NCBI GenBank assembly: GCA_013359265.1
Contig: JABWCD010000015.1
Coordinates: 40,329 to 104,328, forward strand
Source of the DNA: Candidatus Hydrogenedentota bacterium
Lineage (GTDB): Bacteria; Hydrogenedentota; Hydrogenedentia; Hydrogenedentales; SLHB01
DNA: 64,000 nucleotides
Direction: 5' to 3'
The translations under genes were made by a program, and so were the position numbers. Positions 38,243 through 47,853 of this stretch are shown here, piece after piece (position 1 is the first letter of the stretch; each line of letters starts with the position of its first letter). The notes under the pieces are model-generated. The model was not told the origin of the DNA. It did no database searches and saw nothing but the letters and a program-made list of their open reading frames with translations.

Positions 38243-39715
38243 ATGCGTACCTACTGGGCCGCGATTCTGGCGGTGCTTGCCGCCATGGGCGCAAATGCGC
38301 AACGAAACGCGGACGACACGCCGTTACCCCAGGATCCGAAACAACTGATCTATGGCCACGCTCGCGTGGTCCACGCGCCCCCCACGTTCACGCCCCCGCC
38401 GGGCCCGCTCCTGTTTCTGGACGAGTACTTCATCGACGCGAGCGAAAACGTCTCGCGCGAAGTTGAGAGTCCCCAGCGTCGGGAATCGATTCCGAACCCC
38501 ATCGTGACCGGCAAAGAGGATGGGTGTTTTCAGCCGTACATGACAGTCCTGCGCGACGAGGAGAAGGATGTGTTTCGGCTGTGGTACGGGCGGCACACCG
38601 ATGCCATGGATTCGAACCGTTCGCGCATTGGGTACTTGGAGTCCACAGACGGAATTCGCTGGGAACGCCCGGCGCGCACGCTCAACGATCCCGGGCCAAT
38701 TCAGTTCGGTGTCGCGGTCGTTGATACCGGCGCGAATGCGCCCGAGTTGACGCGCCGGTACATTTACGCTTGGCATATCGACGGCTGGTTGAGTCTGGCC
38801 GGCTCCGCGGACGGCATCGCATGGTCCCCCCTCGATCCCTCGCGGGTGGTCAAACACAGTCATGACATCAACGGTTTGTATTTCGATCCGGTCCGCAACC
38901 GCTTCGTCGCTACCATTTCCGTCTATCGACCCGGCTACGATTGGAAGAACAACCGGCGCGTGACCATGCACAGTCTCAGCACGGATTTGAAGTCGTGGTC
39001 GGTCCCGCACTACGTCGTGCTGCCGTCTACGGAAGTCGATGACGGCGAGACGCAGTTCTACGCGATGGACGGTTACCTTGCCCGTGGGCGCACCGTGATC
39101 GGCATGGTAAAAGTGTTGCGGGACGATTTGAAAGCAGACGATCCGCCGGACCCGCCCGACGCGTACGGTGTCGGGTATACGGCGCTGGCGTGGTCCCACG
39201 ACGGCGTGCATTGGCTTCGCGACACCGCGCACTTCTTCGATCCGGACCCGCGCAAGGGGGCGTGGGACCACGCACACGCGTGGATCGACGAGCAGGTCCC
39301 GGTTGGCGGCGACGTGTATCTCTACTACGGTGGATACGCGCGCGGCCACAAGGTGAACCGATTCGAGGAACGGCAGATCGGGTTGGTGACGATGAAGCGC
39401 GACCGGTACGTAGCGCGCGTGGCCGGTAAAACGCCTGGCGTGTTGCGCACGGTTCCATTCACGTTCATTGGCGAATCGCTGTCCATCAACGCCAATGCGA
39501 GCGGCGGTGGGATTCGAGTGCGCGTACTCGACGACACGGGAGGGCCCGTTCGCGGGTTTTCATACGAGGATTGCACGCCGATTACGGGCGACTCGCTCGA
39601 TGCTCCGATTGAATGGAAGGCAAAAGCCGTCGCGTTGCGCGGAAAGTTGATTCGGCTGGAGTTTGCGCTGAAGGACGCGCGCTTATACGCGTTGAACATC
39701 GTGGGCGCGGAATAG
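38243..39715 (+). CDS. Secreted hypothetical protein, probable beta-propeller glycoside hydrolase-like (GH32/GH43/GH117-type fold) with C-terminal beta-sandwich
   Basis: Signal peptide. Repeated Trp/Asp-rich beta-strand blocks. C-terminal beta-sandwich-like region. Family not assigned with confidence. Confidence 0.45.
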   Translation: MRTYWAAILAVLAAMGANAQRNADDTPLPQDPKQLIYGHARVVHAPPTFTPPPGPLLFLDEYFIDASENVSREVESPQRRESIPNPIVTGKEDGCFQPYMTVLRDEEKDVFRLWYGRHTDAMDSNRSRIGYLESTDGIRWERPARTLNDPGPIQFGVAVVDTGANAPELTRRYIYAWHIDGWLSLAGSADGIAWSPLDPSRVVKHSHDINGLYFDPVRNRFVATISVYRPGYDWKNNRRVTMHSLSTDLKSWSVPHYVVLPSTEVDDGETQFYAMDGYLARGRTVIGMVKVLRDDLKADDPPDPPDAYGVGYTALAWSHDGVHWLRDTAHFFDPDPRKGAWDHAHAWIDEQVPVGGDVYLYYGGYARGHKVNRFEERQIGLVTMKRDRYVARVAGKTPGVLRTVPFTFIGESLSINANASGGGIRVRVLDDTGGPVRGFSYEDCTPITGDSLDAPIEWKAKAVALRGKLIRLEFALKDARLYALNIVGAE

Positions 39716-39934
39716 GGCGCGCGTCGAGGCGGTATCCACTGCGCCTCGTGTACGAAACTCAAAAAGGGGTAACCACGTACCGTCCGGGTTTGTGGCCAGA
39801 CTCGACCGTAATCCGCCCAAGCGAGGCCAGTGCAAATCGGCGTTCGGGAATTCGGGGACACCCACCGCCGGCGCAGCCGATTTCGTGTTCGTAGCCGGCC
39901 TCGCATTCGGCGGCAACAGTCGTTCACATCGAGA

Positions 39935-41620
39935 TCAGAACTCGATCGAAGTATAGAAGTAGACAAAGTCCTGGTCGTCGTCGCTGCGGCCGCCGATGTT
40001 GCGCAGGCCATATTCGTCGGTAAACGCAATACCCTCTCCAATTGCGTCGCCGGTGAACCAGTGGGACCAGCCAAGCTCGAATGTGAGGTTGTCGGAGTAC
40101 GCGTAGGTAACCCAAAGGGACGTCTGCCAGCCGAGGTCTTTCGAGCCGTCCTCAGTCCAGAACGAAAGCGCGGGCGCAACAGGAACCTTCCAGTCACCGA
40201 ATGTAACGCCAACCGGACTGTCAAACCCTTCGATCAATTCGAGGTACGACAATGTCAGTCCGAGTTCCACGCGTTCACTCGGGTATGCGTTTACGCCGAT
40301 ATAACCTTTCCAGAAGTTCGACATTGCGGTCACGTCGATGAACATGTCTTCGAGCCACGAGGTGAACAGGCGATTGAACGAAACGCTGCTATCCGGACGG
40401 TCGAACGGATTGAGCCACTCGAGAAACGAAATGTCCCGGTTGTCCTCGCCGCCGTAATACGCGCCGCCCAGAAACGCGCGGGTGCTCCACGTGAGCGGAG
40501 TCGTCCATCCCACTTCGAAGTGCCCGGCCCACGAATCGTATTCGGCGTCATCGTCGCCGTAGAGCTGGTTGGCTGGCTTGAACAGGAACCCGGTGGAATC
40601 GGCATCGCCCCACTGGTAGGCCGCCTCCGCTTCCCAGTCGAACCCGCTCCACGTGCCCGCCCCGCGCGCGCCCACGGTGTGCAACTGCGTGGCATCGTAG
40701 TCATCCAGATTTGCGGCGTCTTCCAGCCATTCGATTGGCGCGGCGAAATTAGTGTCGTTCAGGCTGCCCGCGTCGCGGAGATACATGTAGTAGGCGTCGA
40801 ACTGCAGGTTGGACGATACGGGCGCTGTACGCCCGCGAAACGGGCCGTTGCGCATGAATGCGTCGTACATGCCATAGACGACCCGCATGGGGAACAGCAT
40901 CTGGCGCATGTTCTGGGGCATGATACCCGCGCTGCCGTCACCAATTGCCCACGTGGCGTACATGCCGTAGAAGTCGACGTCTCCATCCTGCTCGCTTGCG
41001 CCACGCTCGGCGAGCTTGCTTGCCCACGCGTCGATGCGCATTGTCTCATCTCCGATCGTAAGGCGCATTGCATCGAAGGAGAGGCCGACGAACGGGTCTG
41101 GTCCGGAATCGCTTCCCATGAGCCAGCCGGAACCGAACTCCAACTCCTGCCGCCCGATGCGTAATTGCGCAGGAAGGCCGAAGAGTTTGTCGACACTGAT
41201 ATAAGCCTGATGGATATCGATTCCGTCGATCGAGTTCCCGCGGGCGTCGCGGCCAGTCAGGTAGTCGGAACGAAAATCGTCTCCCCATCCTGACACGTTG
41301 TCCAGCTCGATGAACGCGGTGACTTCGTTCGTGAAGTCGGCAAGCACGTGGAGTCGTGTGCGCTGCTCCCAATAATCGGCGTTGTGTCCACCGTCACCCG
41401 CGCGCAGCCAAGACGCAGTGTTGTATGGGCCTATAGGCCGCGAGGGCAAGAAGAAGTTTGGAATGCGCTCGGCGTTCCCGCTCCGCTCGAACAAGTTCGA
41501 ATACCACGCGCCGTAGATTTCGATTTTGCCGCCGATCTCGACATTCTGGAGATCGCCGGGCGCCGGCGCAGCGGCGAGAATAAAGATGCCGGCCACCAGT
41601 AAATACGTCGGAATTCGCAT
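39935..41620 (-). CDS. Outer-membrane beta-barrel protein (alginate-export/porin-like)
   Basis: Signal peptide MRIPTYLLVAGIFILAAAPAPG. Alternating amphipathic beta-strands rich in Y/W/G. C-terminal ...YFYTSIEF with terminal Phe. Confidence 0.65.
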   Translation of the reverse strand: MRIPTYLLVAGIFILAAAPAPGDLQNVEIGGKIEIYGAWYSNLFERSGNAERIPNFFLPSRPIGPYNTASWLRAGDGGHNADYWEQRTRLHVLADFTNEVTAFIELDNVSGWGDDFRSDYLTGRDARGNSIDGIDIHQAYISVDKLFGLPAQLRIGRQELEFGSGWLMGSDSGPDPFVGLSFDAMRLTIGDETMRIDAWASKLAERGASEQDGDVDFYGMYATWAIGDGSAGIMPQNMRQMLFPMRVVYGMYDAFMRNGPFRGRTAPVSSNLQFDAYYMYLRDAGSLNDTNFAAPIEWLEDAANLDDYDATQLHTVGARGAGTWSGFDWEAEAAYQWGDADSTGFLFKPANQLYGDDDAEYDSWAGHFEVGWTTPLTWSTRAFLGGAYYGGEDNRDISFLEWLNPFDRPDSSVSFNRLFTSWLEDMFIDVTAMSNFWKGYIGVNAYPSERVELGLTLSYLELIEGFDSPVGVTFGDWKVPVAPALSFWTEDGSKDLGWQTSLWVTYAYSDNLTFELGWSHWFTGDAIGEGIAFTDEYGLRNIGGRSDDDQDFVYFYTSIEF

Positions 41621-41689
41621 GTTTCACACCCCCGGTCGTGAAGTGTAGTTATGCAAATGACGGGCGTTTCGTCAAGCACCTTCTTGAAC

Positions 41690-43903
41690 CTACCCTGCTT
41701 CGGCGCGCGCCTCGGCCATCCCTCCCGCGGATTCCCGCTCGCGAGTCCACATCAGGAAGCGTTCGATTCGGTCATAGACTTCGATTGCGCCGTCTCCGTT
41801 GATAATGCCGTGGCGGCTGGAATCTAGGACGACCAGTTCCTTCTGGTGCGTGCCGATCTGGCTGAATATGTTTTGGCCACTCGACGGCTCGACCAGTGGG
41901 TCGCGGAACCCTTGAATGACGAGCGAAGGGACGCAGACGTCTTTCAGCACGCCCTCCATCGCGGACATCGCTTTACCCAGTTCGCGCACGCCGGTGATAG
42001 GGTTGCGCGCGTAGTTGATGTGCTTGTTCTCGGGGTGGTTCTCGATGAATTCCCAGCCCTGCCCGCCGCGCAGGCGCGTAATGAGGCTGTTCATCGACAC
42101 CAGTTGCGAGGCGAAACGCGCCATGTAGTTGCGCAATTGCAGGGGCGCGTTGATGGAAAACACCGCTTTAATCTTGTCTTTCTTGCGCCCCGCCGCCAGT
42201 AGGGCAAGCGTGCCGCCCGTGGAGAAGCCGCCAAGCACGATGTAATCGGTCAGGCTCTTGATGATCGCGTAGCCGCGGTTCAGCGATTCGTACCAGTCTT
42301 CCCACGGCGTTCGTGCAAGGTCCTCGGGCGACGTGCCGTGCCCGCGCAGCCGCACGCCGTACACCGCGAACCCGTGGTGCGCGAAAAACTCGGCCATTGC
42401 GCGGACTTCCAGCGGCGCCGCCATGTAGCCGTGCACGAGCACCATGCCTGCCTTGTATTTCGGCGGCGCAATCAGGAACGGCCGGCCGACGTCCATCGGC
42501 CGGCTTTCACCGGGTTTCGCGAAGTTCGCGTAGTCCAGTTCGAAAAGTTCGTTGTCTTCCTTGAGAAAGAGTTCGCGGATTTTTCCGGACAGCACGGGCC
42601 TGGGAATTGCCGCGACATTTCGGATGATTCCCGTGAGGATGGAGAGCGGCTCGACCTCGTTTGCGATGACGGTCGTGATTTCGTCCTTGCGCACACTGTG
42701 GAAGTCGCCTTGCCCCGTGCGCATCTGGGAGTTGCGCACGTACTCATTTCCCTCTTTGATGAGAATTCCGTCGTTAATGCACAAGTCGAGGAAGTCGGTG
42801 AAAATCGGCGCGGAATCTTCGTAGATGATGTCTCGGTATGACTTGTCCAGAAAGTGGTGCAGCCGGTGCTGATTGAGTTGCTTGATCTGGTGTACGGCCA
42901 GGAAGATGCGGTTACGATACGCGCGCTCGGTAAACTTGCGGGCACGCTGATAACGAATGAGTGTTCCGAAAATGTGATCGTAGTTTACCGTGGTGTTGCG
43001 GTAGATGTCCGCCATGAACCGAATCATCAAACGCCGAGCGGCCTCGTTAAACCCGGATTCCGGGTCTTCTTCCAGCGCGTTCAGATCGGTCTCGATCGAT
43101 TCGACGAGCAGCTTGCAGTCGGTTTCCTGCAGGTAGTGGCCCACCTCGATGGGATCGCCGAAGGTCACGTCGATGTCGGTGTCCTTCGACAGGACAGTGC
43201 CCTCGACGGACAACTCCTCGATGGCGCGTTTGCTGAGGTCTTTCGCGAACGCCCGCGCTACGCGGAGCATCATATTCTCGCGCGCGCGAATCGGAAAATA
43301 GGTAACGTTCACAGGCACGACGAAGGTGCGCTTTTGCAGGGCCTGCTCGACATTTTGCAGGCCGAGATGCGAGAGAATCGGCTGGATGGCGGGCTGTTTG
43401 TCCGCGCGGTCTTTGAAGCACGCAAGCCGTTGGCGGTAGTACTCCGCGCGCAGCGCGAGCACGGCCGCGCCGGTGTGCGGCGGGCGGCGGATGCCCTTGC
43501 TGTAGACCTTAAACTCGCCTTTCGGATCGACTACCTTTTTGTCCTTAATCATCCCGCCTTCGGGAAAGATGATCCACGGGTGCTCGCCCGTGAGCAACGA
43601 ATTGACGATGATCTTGTCGCGATCGGGATCCTGCGTGGATACGTTCCCCATCGACAACAAATATTGGCCGATCCTGCCGACGAAAAGTTCCGCCGCGGCC
43701 AGCGACCAAATCTCCTTGCCGGTGTACTTATGGAGGACATACGGGAGAAGCACGGTTTCGATGCGAGTGAAGTGGTTAACGACATAGATGATCGCCATGT
43801 CGTCCTTGATCCCGTCGATGTTATGGACGCGAATGTTGGCCTTGATGAGCTTCGTGGCGATGTCCAAGGCCCATTTGGTGGACTTTAGTGCGATTGCTCC
43901 CAT
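41690..43903 (-). CDS. Fusion protein: N-terminal 1-acyl-sn-glycerol-3-phosphate acyltransferase-like (PlsC family) + C-terminal alpha/beta hydrolase (lysophospholipase/esterase-like)
   Basis: VVNHFTRIE (NHxxxxD/E motif I) and IIFPEGGMI (FPEGG motif III) in the first ~200 aa. C-terminal VLVHGYMAAP...GFSTGG (GxSxG)...D...H hydrolase elements. Confidence 0.7.
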   Translation of the reverse strand: MGAIALKSTKWALDIATKLIKANIRVHNIDGIKDDMAIIYVVNHFTRIETVLLPYVLHKYTGKEIWSLAAAELFVGRIGQYLLSMGNVSTQDPDRDKIIVNSLLTGEHPWIIFPEGGMIKDKKVVDPKGEFKVYSKGIRRPPHTGAAVLALRAEYYRQRLACFKDRADKQPAIQPILSHLGLQNVEQALQKRTFVVPVNVTYFPIRARENMMLRVARAFAKDLSKRAIEELSVEGTVLSKDTDIDVTFGDPIEVGHYLQETDCKLLVESIETDLNALEEDPESGFNEAARRLMIRFMADIYRNTTVNYDHIFGTLIRYQRARKFTERAYRNRIFLAVHQIKQLNQHRLHHFLDKSYRDIIYEDSAPIFTDFLDLCINDGILIKEGNEYVRNSQMRTGQGDFHSVRKDEITTVIANEVEPLSILTGIIRNVAAIPRPVLSGKIRELFLKEDNELFELDYANFAKPGESRPMDVGRPFLIAPPKYKAGMVLVHGYMAAPLEVRAMAEFFAHHGFAVYGVRLRGHGTSPEDLARTPWEDWYESLNRGYAIIKSLTDYIVLGGFSTGGTLALLAAGRKKDKIKAVFSINAPLQLRNYMARFASQLVSMNSLITRLRGGQGWEFIENHPENKHINYARNPITGVRELGKAMSAMEGVLKDVCVPSLVIQGFRDPLVEPSSGQNIFSQIGTHQKELVVLDSSRHGIINGDGAIEVYDRIERFLMWTRERESAGGMAEARAEAG

Positions 43904-44032
43904 CGCGATCCCTTTGTGAGCGACTCCATTGGACGGCGCCGGACTCGCCGGCTAGCGTCGGCACTATAGCCCATTGATGACTCCCCGACAATCTATCGGT
44001 ATCATGCCGCGAAACCTTGAGCGCCGGGTGGC

Positions 44033-45250
44033 CTAATTCGATGCTGCGCCCGGCGGCCGTCCTTCACGCGCCGTGTTTTCGATGATATCAGCCGCGGTGT
44101 TTGCGCCATCGCTCGCTCGTACGAGTCCCGCCATGCGTTGCGCCGACGATCGGCACGATTCGCTCTCGACGATTTCGCGAACCGCGCCTGCAAGCATTCC
44201 GTTCACCGCGTCGCGCAATTCCAATATGCGGCAGAACCCGTGACCCGCAGCGATGCGCGCGTTGATGCGTTGTTCGTTGTGCGTGGGCACGGCGAGCATA
44301 GGCACGCCGTGCTGCAGCGCCTGGTACATGCTGCCGTTTCCACCGTGAAAGACGAGGGCACTGCACCGCTTCAGAATCTCCGCGCCGGGCGCGAAATCGG
44401 TCATGCGGAAATTCGTGGGCAGATCGCCCAGGGCGCCGCGATCGACTTGTCCGCCTGTGGTAACGATGAAACGGTATGGCAGCTTCGCAAGCGAATCGAG
44501 CGCGGCCCGCAACACGACGTCCAGGACGCCGGTCGAGCCCATCGTGAGATAAACGTTTTTCGTCCCGTCGTCCAATTCCGAAAACCAGTCAGGCGCCGGC
44601 GCCGGATAGTCGAACAGGATCGGTCCTGTCATGCGCGCGTTGCGCAACACGCCGCTCGTCTCGTACATGCCGGGCAGGTCCGGCGAGAGCAGCGGTACGG
44701 ACAGGAATAAGTCGACGGCGCGTATTGCGGGTTTGCCGTGTTTCGCGTACACGCCGCGGCGTTTTGCCGCGAGAAACACGGCATCGTAGGCGTCCCAATA
44801 AAAGCGCCACATCCGGCGAGAGAGAATGCCGTCGATATAGTAGGCGTTGTATACGTTGACGGCGGGCACGCCGGCGATATACGCGGCGTTGCTCATGGAC
44901 ATCGTTGCGAATCCGGCCACGGCGTCCGGCCGTTCCGCTTTGATGACCTCGACCTGGCTTTCCATGATCTCGCCAACGGGCATCCATTTAGCCGGTGAGC
45001 AGACGGCGCCCACGGTCCCGCGAAATCCCGCTGTCGTCATCCTTTCCCAGAGGTAAGAGAAGTTGGGCTCACGCACGGGTACCGTGTTGAAAGCCGCCTT
45101 CGCCACAATGTCCATTCGGGAACGATGGTGCGTCGTATTTTCGGCCGCGAACACTACGTCGTGTCCGCGGTCGCGCAGGACACGCGCGACCTCGTAACTC
45201 CGGGATACGTGCGCGAGAACCTGAGAGAGCGGGAAGAAGACGAACTTCAT
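44033..45250 (-). CDS. Glycosyltransferase family 1, MGT/UDP-glycosyltransferase-like
   Basis: C-terminal VFHGGNGSMYQALQHGVPMLAVPTHNEQ nucleotide-sugar binding motif (GT1/UGT signature). Confidence 0.8.
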   Translation of the reverse strand: MKFVFFPLSQVLAHVSRSYEVARVLRDRGHDVVFAAENTTHHRSRMDIVAKAAFNTVPVREPNFSYLWERMTTAGFRGTVGAVCSPAKWMPVGEIMESQVEVIKAERPDAVAGFATMSMSNAAYIAGVPAVNVYNAYYIDGILSRRMWRFYWDAYDAVFLAAKRRGVYAKHGKPAIRAVDLFLSVPLLSPDLPGMYETSGVLRNARMTGPILFDYPAPAPDWFSELDDGTKNVYLTMGSTGVLDVVLRAALDSLAKLPYRFIVTTGGQVDRGALGDLPTNFRMTDFAPGAEILKRCSALVFHGGNGSMYQALQHGVPMLAVPTHNEQRINARIAAGHGFCRILELRDAVNGMLAGAVREIVESESCRSSAQRMAGLVRASDGANTAADIIENTAREGRPPGAASN

Positions 45251-46020
45251 GGGTTTAGGCGCTGGGACAGCAGCCAGTTTACGTGGCTTGGGCGCGAATA
45301 CGTCATGTAAAAGATTTGATGGTCCGCGCCGGGAATTTCGACGTACTCGACGGTGCCACCCAATTCCCTGATCGCATCCACCAAATCACGGGATGTCTGG
45401 ACGGGCGTCGCCGGGTCCGCGTCGCCGTGGGCGATGAAGATCGGAATGTCGGTCAACATGGGTGCATACTCCACGTCGACCGAACCGGCAATGGCGAACA
45501 AACCCGCGAAGATGTCCGGCGTGTCGATGACGTAATGCATCGCCCGGATGCTGCCGGTCGACGCACCCGCAACGTAGATGCGCTCCGGGTCTACGCTGTA
45601 GTCCTGCTTGAGTTGCTCAAGGACCGCGTTGAATATCGCGTTTCCGTCCTCTATGGAAATGAAATAGGGTAGCTGCGGAAGCGCGACAAGGCAGGGGTAC
45701 AGTTCGGGGTGCGAATCGAGAGCGAGCCCGATTCCGTCCCGGTACGGCGCGGCGCCATCCGTCCCCGCTTGAAACAGGCCGTGCCAATAGAGAATCAGGG
45801 GGGTTGGCGTCGCAGGGTCGTAATTGTCCGGTACGTATACGATGTACCAAGGCTTCTCTCCTCCGACTTGTATCTGGTATCGATACAGGCGGTGCGCGAA
45901 GTTTCCTGCCGTGACGGGGTCACGCCGGGGGCAGCCCAGGTTCATGCCGGCGAGGATTAGGACAGCGATTGCGGCTGCGGCTGCGCGAGACCCGCGCCGT
46001 CGCGTATTACCTGGCTGCAT
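45247..46020 (-). CDS. Lipoprotein alpha/beta hydrolase (esterase/PHB-depolymerase-like)
   Basis: Lipobox LAGMNLGC. GASTGS nucleophile elbow plus Asp/His (IAHGDAD). 4-nt overlap with the downstream GT1 gene. Confidence 0.75.
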   Translation of the reverse strand: MQPGNTRRRGSRAAAAAIAVLILAGMNLGCPRRDPVTAGNFAHRLYRYQIQVGGEKPWYIVYVPDNYDPATPTPLILYWHGLFQAGTDGAAPYRDGIGLALDSHPELYPCLVALPQLPYFISIEDGNAIFNAVLEQLKQDYSVDPERIYVAGASTGSIRAMHYVIDTPDIFAGLFAIAGSVDVEYAPMLTDIPIFIAHGDADPATPVQTSRDLVDAIRELGGTVEYVEIPGADHQIFYMTYSRPSHVNWLLSQRLNP

Positions 46021-46029
46021 CGCTTGACA

Positions 46030-46212
46030 CTACGATTCGATGCGCAGCGCACCCGAGGGGCACCGATGGACCGTGTCGCGGATCGCGTCCTCGGCGGCCT
46101 GGGTATTGTCGATGACGATTTTGTCGTTCTCCTCGCGGAATACTTTGGGTAGCAGCGTGCAGCAATCGCCGCTGTGGATGCAGGTATCCTCGTCCCACGT
46201 AACTTTGAGCAT
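46030..46212 (-). CDS. Divergent 4Fe-4S mono-cluster ferredoxin-like protein (60 aa)
   Basis: CIHSGDCC...C pattern (C-x2-G-x-C-C...C-P). Fer4_19-like. 10-nt gap to the esterase gene. Confidence 0.55.
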   Translation of the reverse strand: MLKVTWDEDTCIHSGDCCTLLPKVFREENDKIVIDNTQAAEDAIRDTVHRCPSGALRIES

Positions 46213-46412
46213 GGTTCACACCTCCACTGGGAAGTAGTATTCCCGGCGGTGGTTCGCAATGCAACCGCCACGCGCCAGTTTGTTGGAAATCCGCCGCCCC
46301 CCATGTATACTTCCGCCGTATCAATGGCGCAGCACGTGGACCCGCCTTTCGCGCTAGGAGCCTTCAGCGCCGCCACGTGGGCTTTCCGGGATGTGGAGCG
46401 TAATGCATACGC

Positions 46413-47849
46413 ATGGGTTTTAGCGCGTACGACCCCGAGGGGTTCTATGACGAGATGTTCGAGGCGCCGGGCGAGCCCCGCCCCGGGGCACAGGTGCTCG
46501 TCGAGAAGATCAATTTGCTCGGCACCGATTTGTTGCGCGAACGCCAACACGCCGCGGAGCGAACGCTCTTTGAAATGGGCATCACATTCAACGTCTACGG
46601 CGACAACGCGGGCACGGAGCGAATCTTCCCGTTTGACATCATCCCTCGCATCGTCAGGGCCGGCGAATGGGAGCGCATCGAGAAGGGCCTGAAGCAGCGC
46701 ATTTTCGCCCTGAACAAGTTTATCGACGACGTATATCACGACGGCGCAATCTTGCGCGATGGCGTGATTCCGGAGCACGTGATCAAATCGGCCTCGTCGT
46801 TTCGTTCGCAGTGCATCGGACTGAACCCGCGGCGCGGCGTGTGGTGCCACATCACCGGCACGGACCTCGTACGCGACCGCGACGGCACCGTGTACGTGTT
46901 GGAAGACAATCTCCGCTGCCCTTCCGGCGTGTCGTACGTGCTCGAAAACCGCGACGTAATGAAGCAGACGTTTCCGCTCGTGTTCGAGGCGTTGCTGGTG
47001 CGTCCGGTGGTCGATTACCCGATGCGCCTGTTGGACATGCTGATCTCGCTGGTGCCCGAAGGCGTGGCGCGCCCGAAAGTCGTCGTGCTGACCCCCGGCA
47101 TCTACAATTCCGCCTACTTCGAGCATTCGTTTCTTGCGCAGCAGATGGGCGTCGAACTCGTTGAAGGGCGCGACCTGCTGGTGAAAGACGGCTACGTGGT
47201 CATGCGCACCACGAAGGGGTTCGAGCGCGTGGACGTCATCTACCGCCGGATCGACGACGATTTCCTCGACCCGATGGCGTTCCGGCCGGATTCGATGCTC
47301 GGGGTGCCGGGTATTCTGGACGTGTACAAAGCGGGCCGGGTGGCGCTTGCAAATGCGCCGGGAACCGGTGTGGCGGACGACAAGGTCATCTATGCGTACG
47401 TGCCGAAGATCATTAAGTATTATCTAAACGAGGACCCGATCATTCCCAACGTGCCGACTTTTGTCTGTTGGGACGACAAGGAGCGGGACCATGTCCTCGC
47501 CAATCTCGACAAACTGGTCGTAAAAGCCGCCAACGAATCCGGCGGATACGGGATGCTGGTCGGGCCGCACGCGTCCGCCGAGGACCGCGCCAAGTTTGCC
47601 GATTTGATCAAGGCTAACCCGCGGAATTACATCGCGCAGCCCACGCTGTCGCTGTCTCGCGTGCCGACGATCGTCGACGACCATTTCGAAGGCCGTCACG
47701 TGGACCTGCGCCCGTACATTTTGTACGGCGAGGACATCTACGTGCTGCCGGGCGGGCTCACGCGCGTGGCGCTCAAGAAGGGATCGCTGGTGGTGAATTC
47801 GTCGCAGGGCGGTGGCAGCAAAGACACGTGGGTGGTCGAGGAGCAGTAG
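46413..47849 (+). CDS. Circularly permuted ATP-grasp protein, type 2 (CP_ATPgrasp_2)
   Basis: 478 aa. Family-typical blocks (FNVYGDN...[28 protein letters not shown]). It pairs with the alpha-E gene 5 nt downstream. Confidence 0.75.
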   Translation: MGFSAYDPEGFYDEMFEAPGEPRPGAQVLVEKINLLGTDLLRERQHAAERTLFEMGITFNVYGDNAGTERIFPFDIIPRIVRAGEWERIEKGLKQRIFALNKFIDDVYHDGAILRDGVIPEHVIKSASSFRSQCIGLNPRRGVWCHITGTDLVRDRDGTVYVLEDNLRCPSGVSYVLENRDVMKQTFPLVFEALLVRPVVDYPMRLLDMLISLVPEGVARPKVVVLTPGIYNSAYFEHSFLAQQMGVELVEGRDLLVKDGYVVMRTTKGFERVDVIYRRIDDDFLDPMAFRPDSMLGVPGILDVYKAGRVALANAPGTGVADDKVIYAYVPKIIKYYLNEDPIIPNVPTFVCWDDKERDHVLANLDKLVVKAANESGGYGMLVGPHASAEDRAKFADLIKANPRNYIAQPTLSLSRVPTIVDDHFEGRHVDLRPYILYGEDIYVLPGGLTRVALKKGSLVVNSSQGGGSKDTWVVEEQ

Positions 47850-47853
47850 CCGT

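Noticed and set aside
39830-41164. 444-aa + strand ORF antisense to the outer-membrane beta-barrel gene
   Set aside because: Arg/Val-rich. The minus-strand product has a signal peptide and a C-terminal Phe typical of OMPs.
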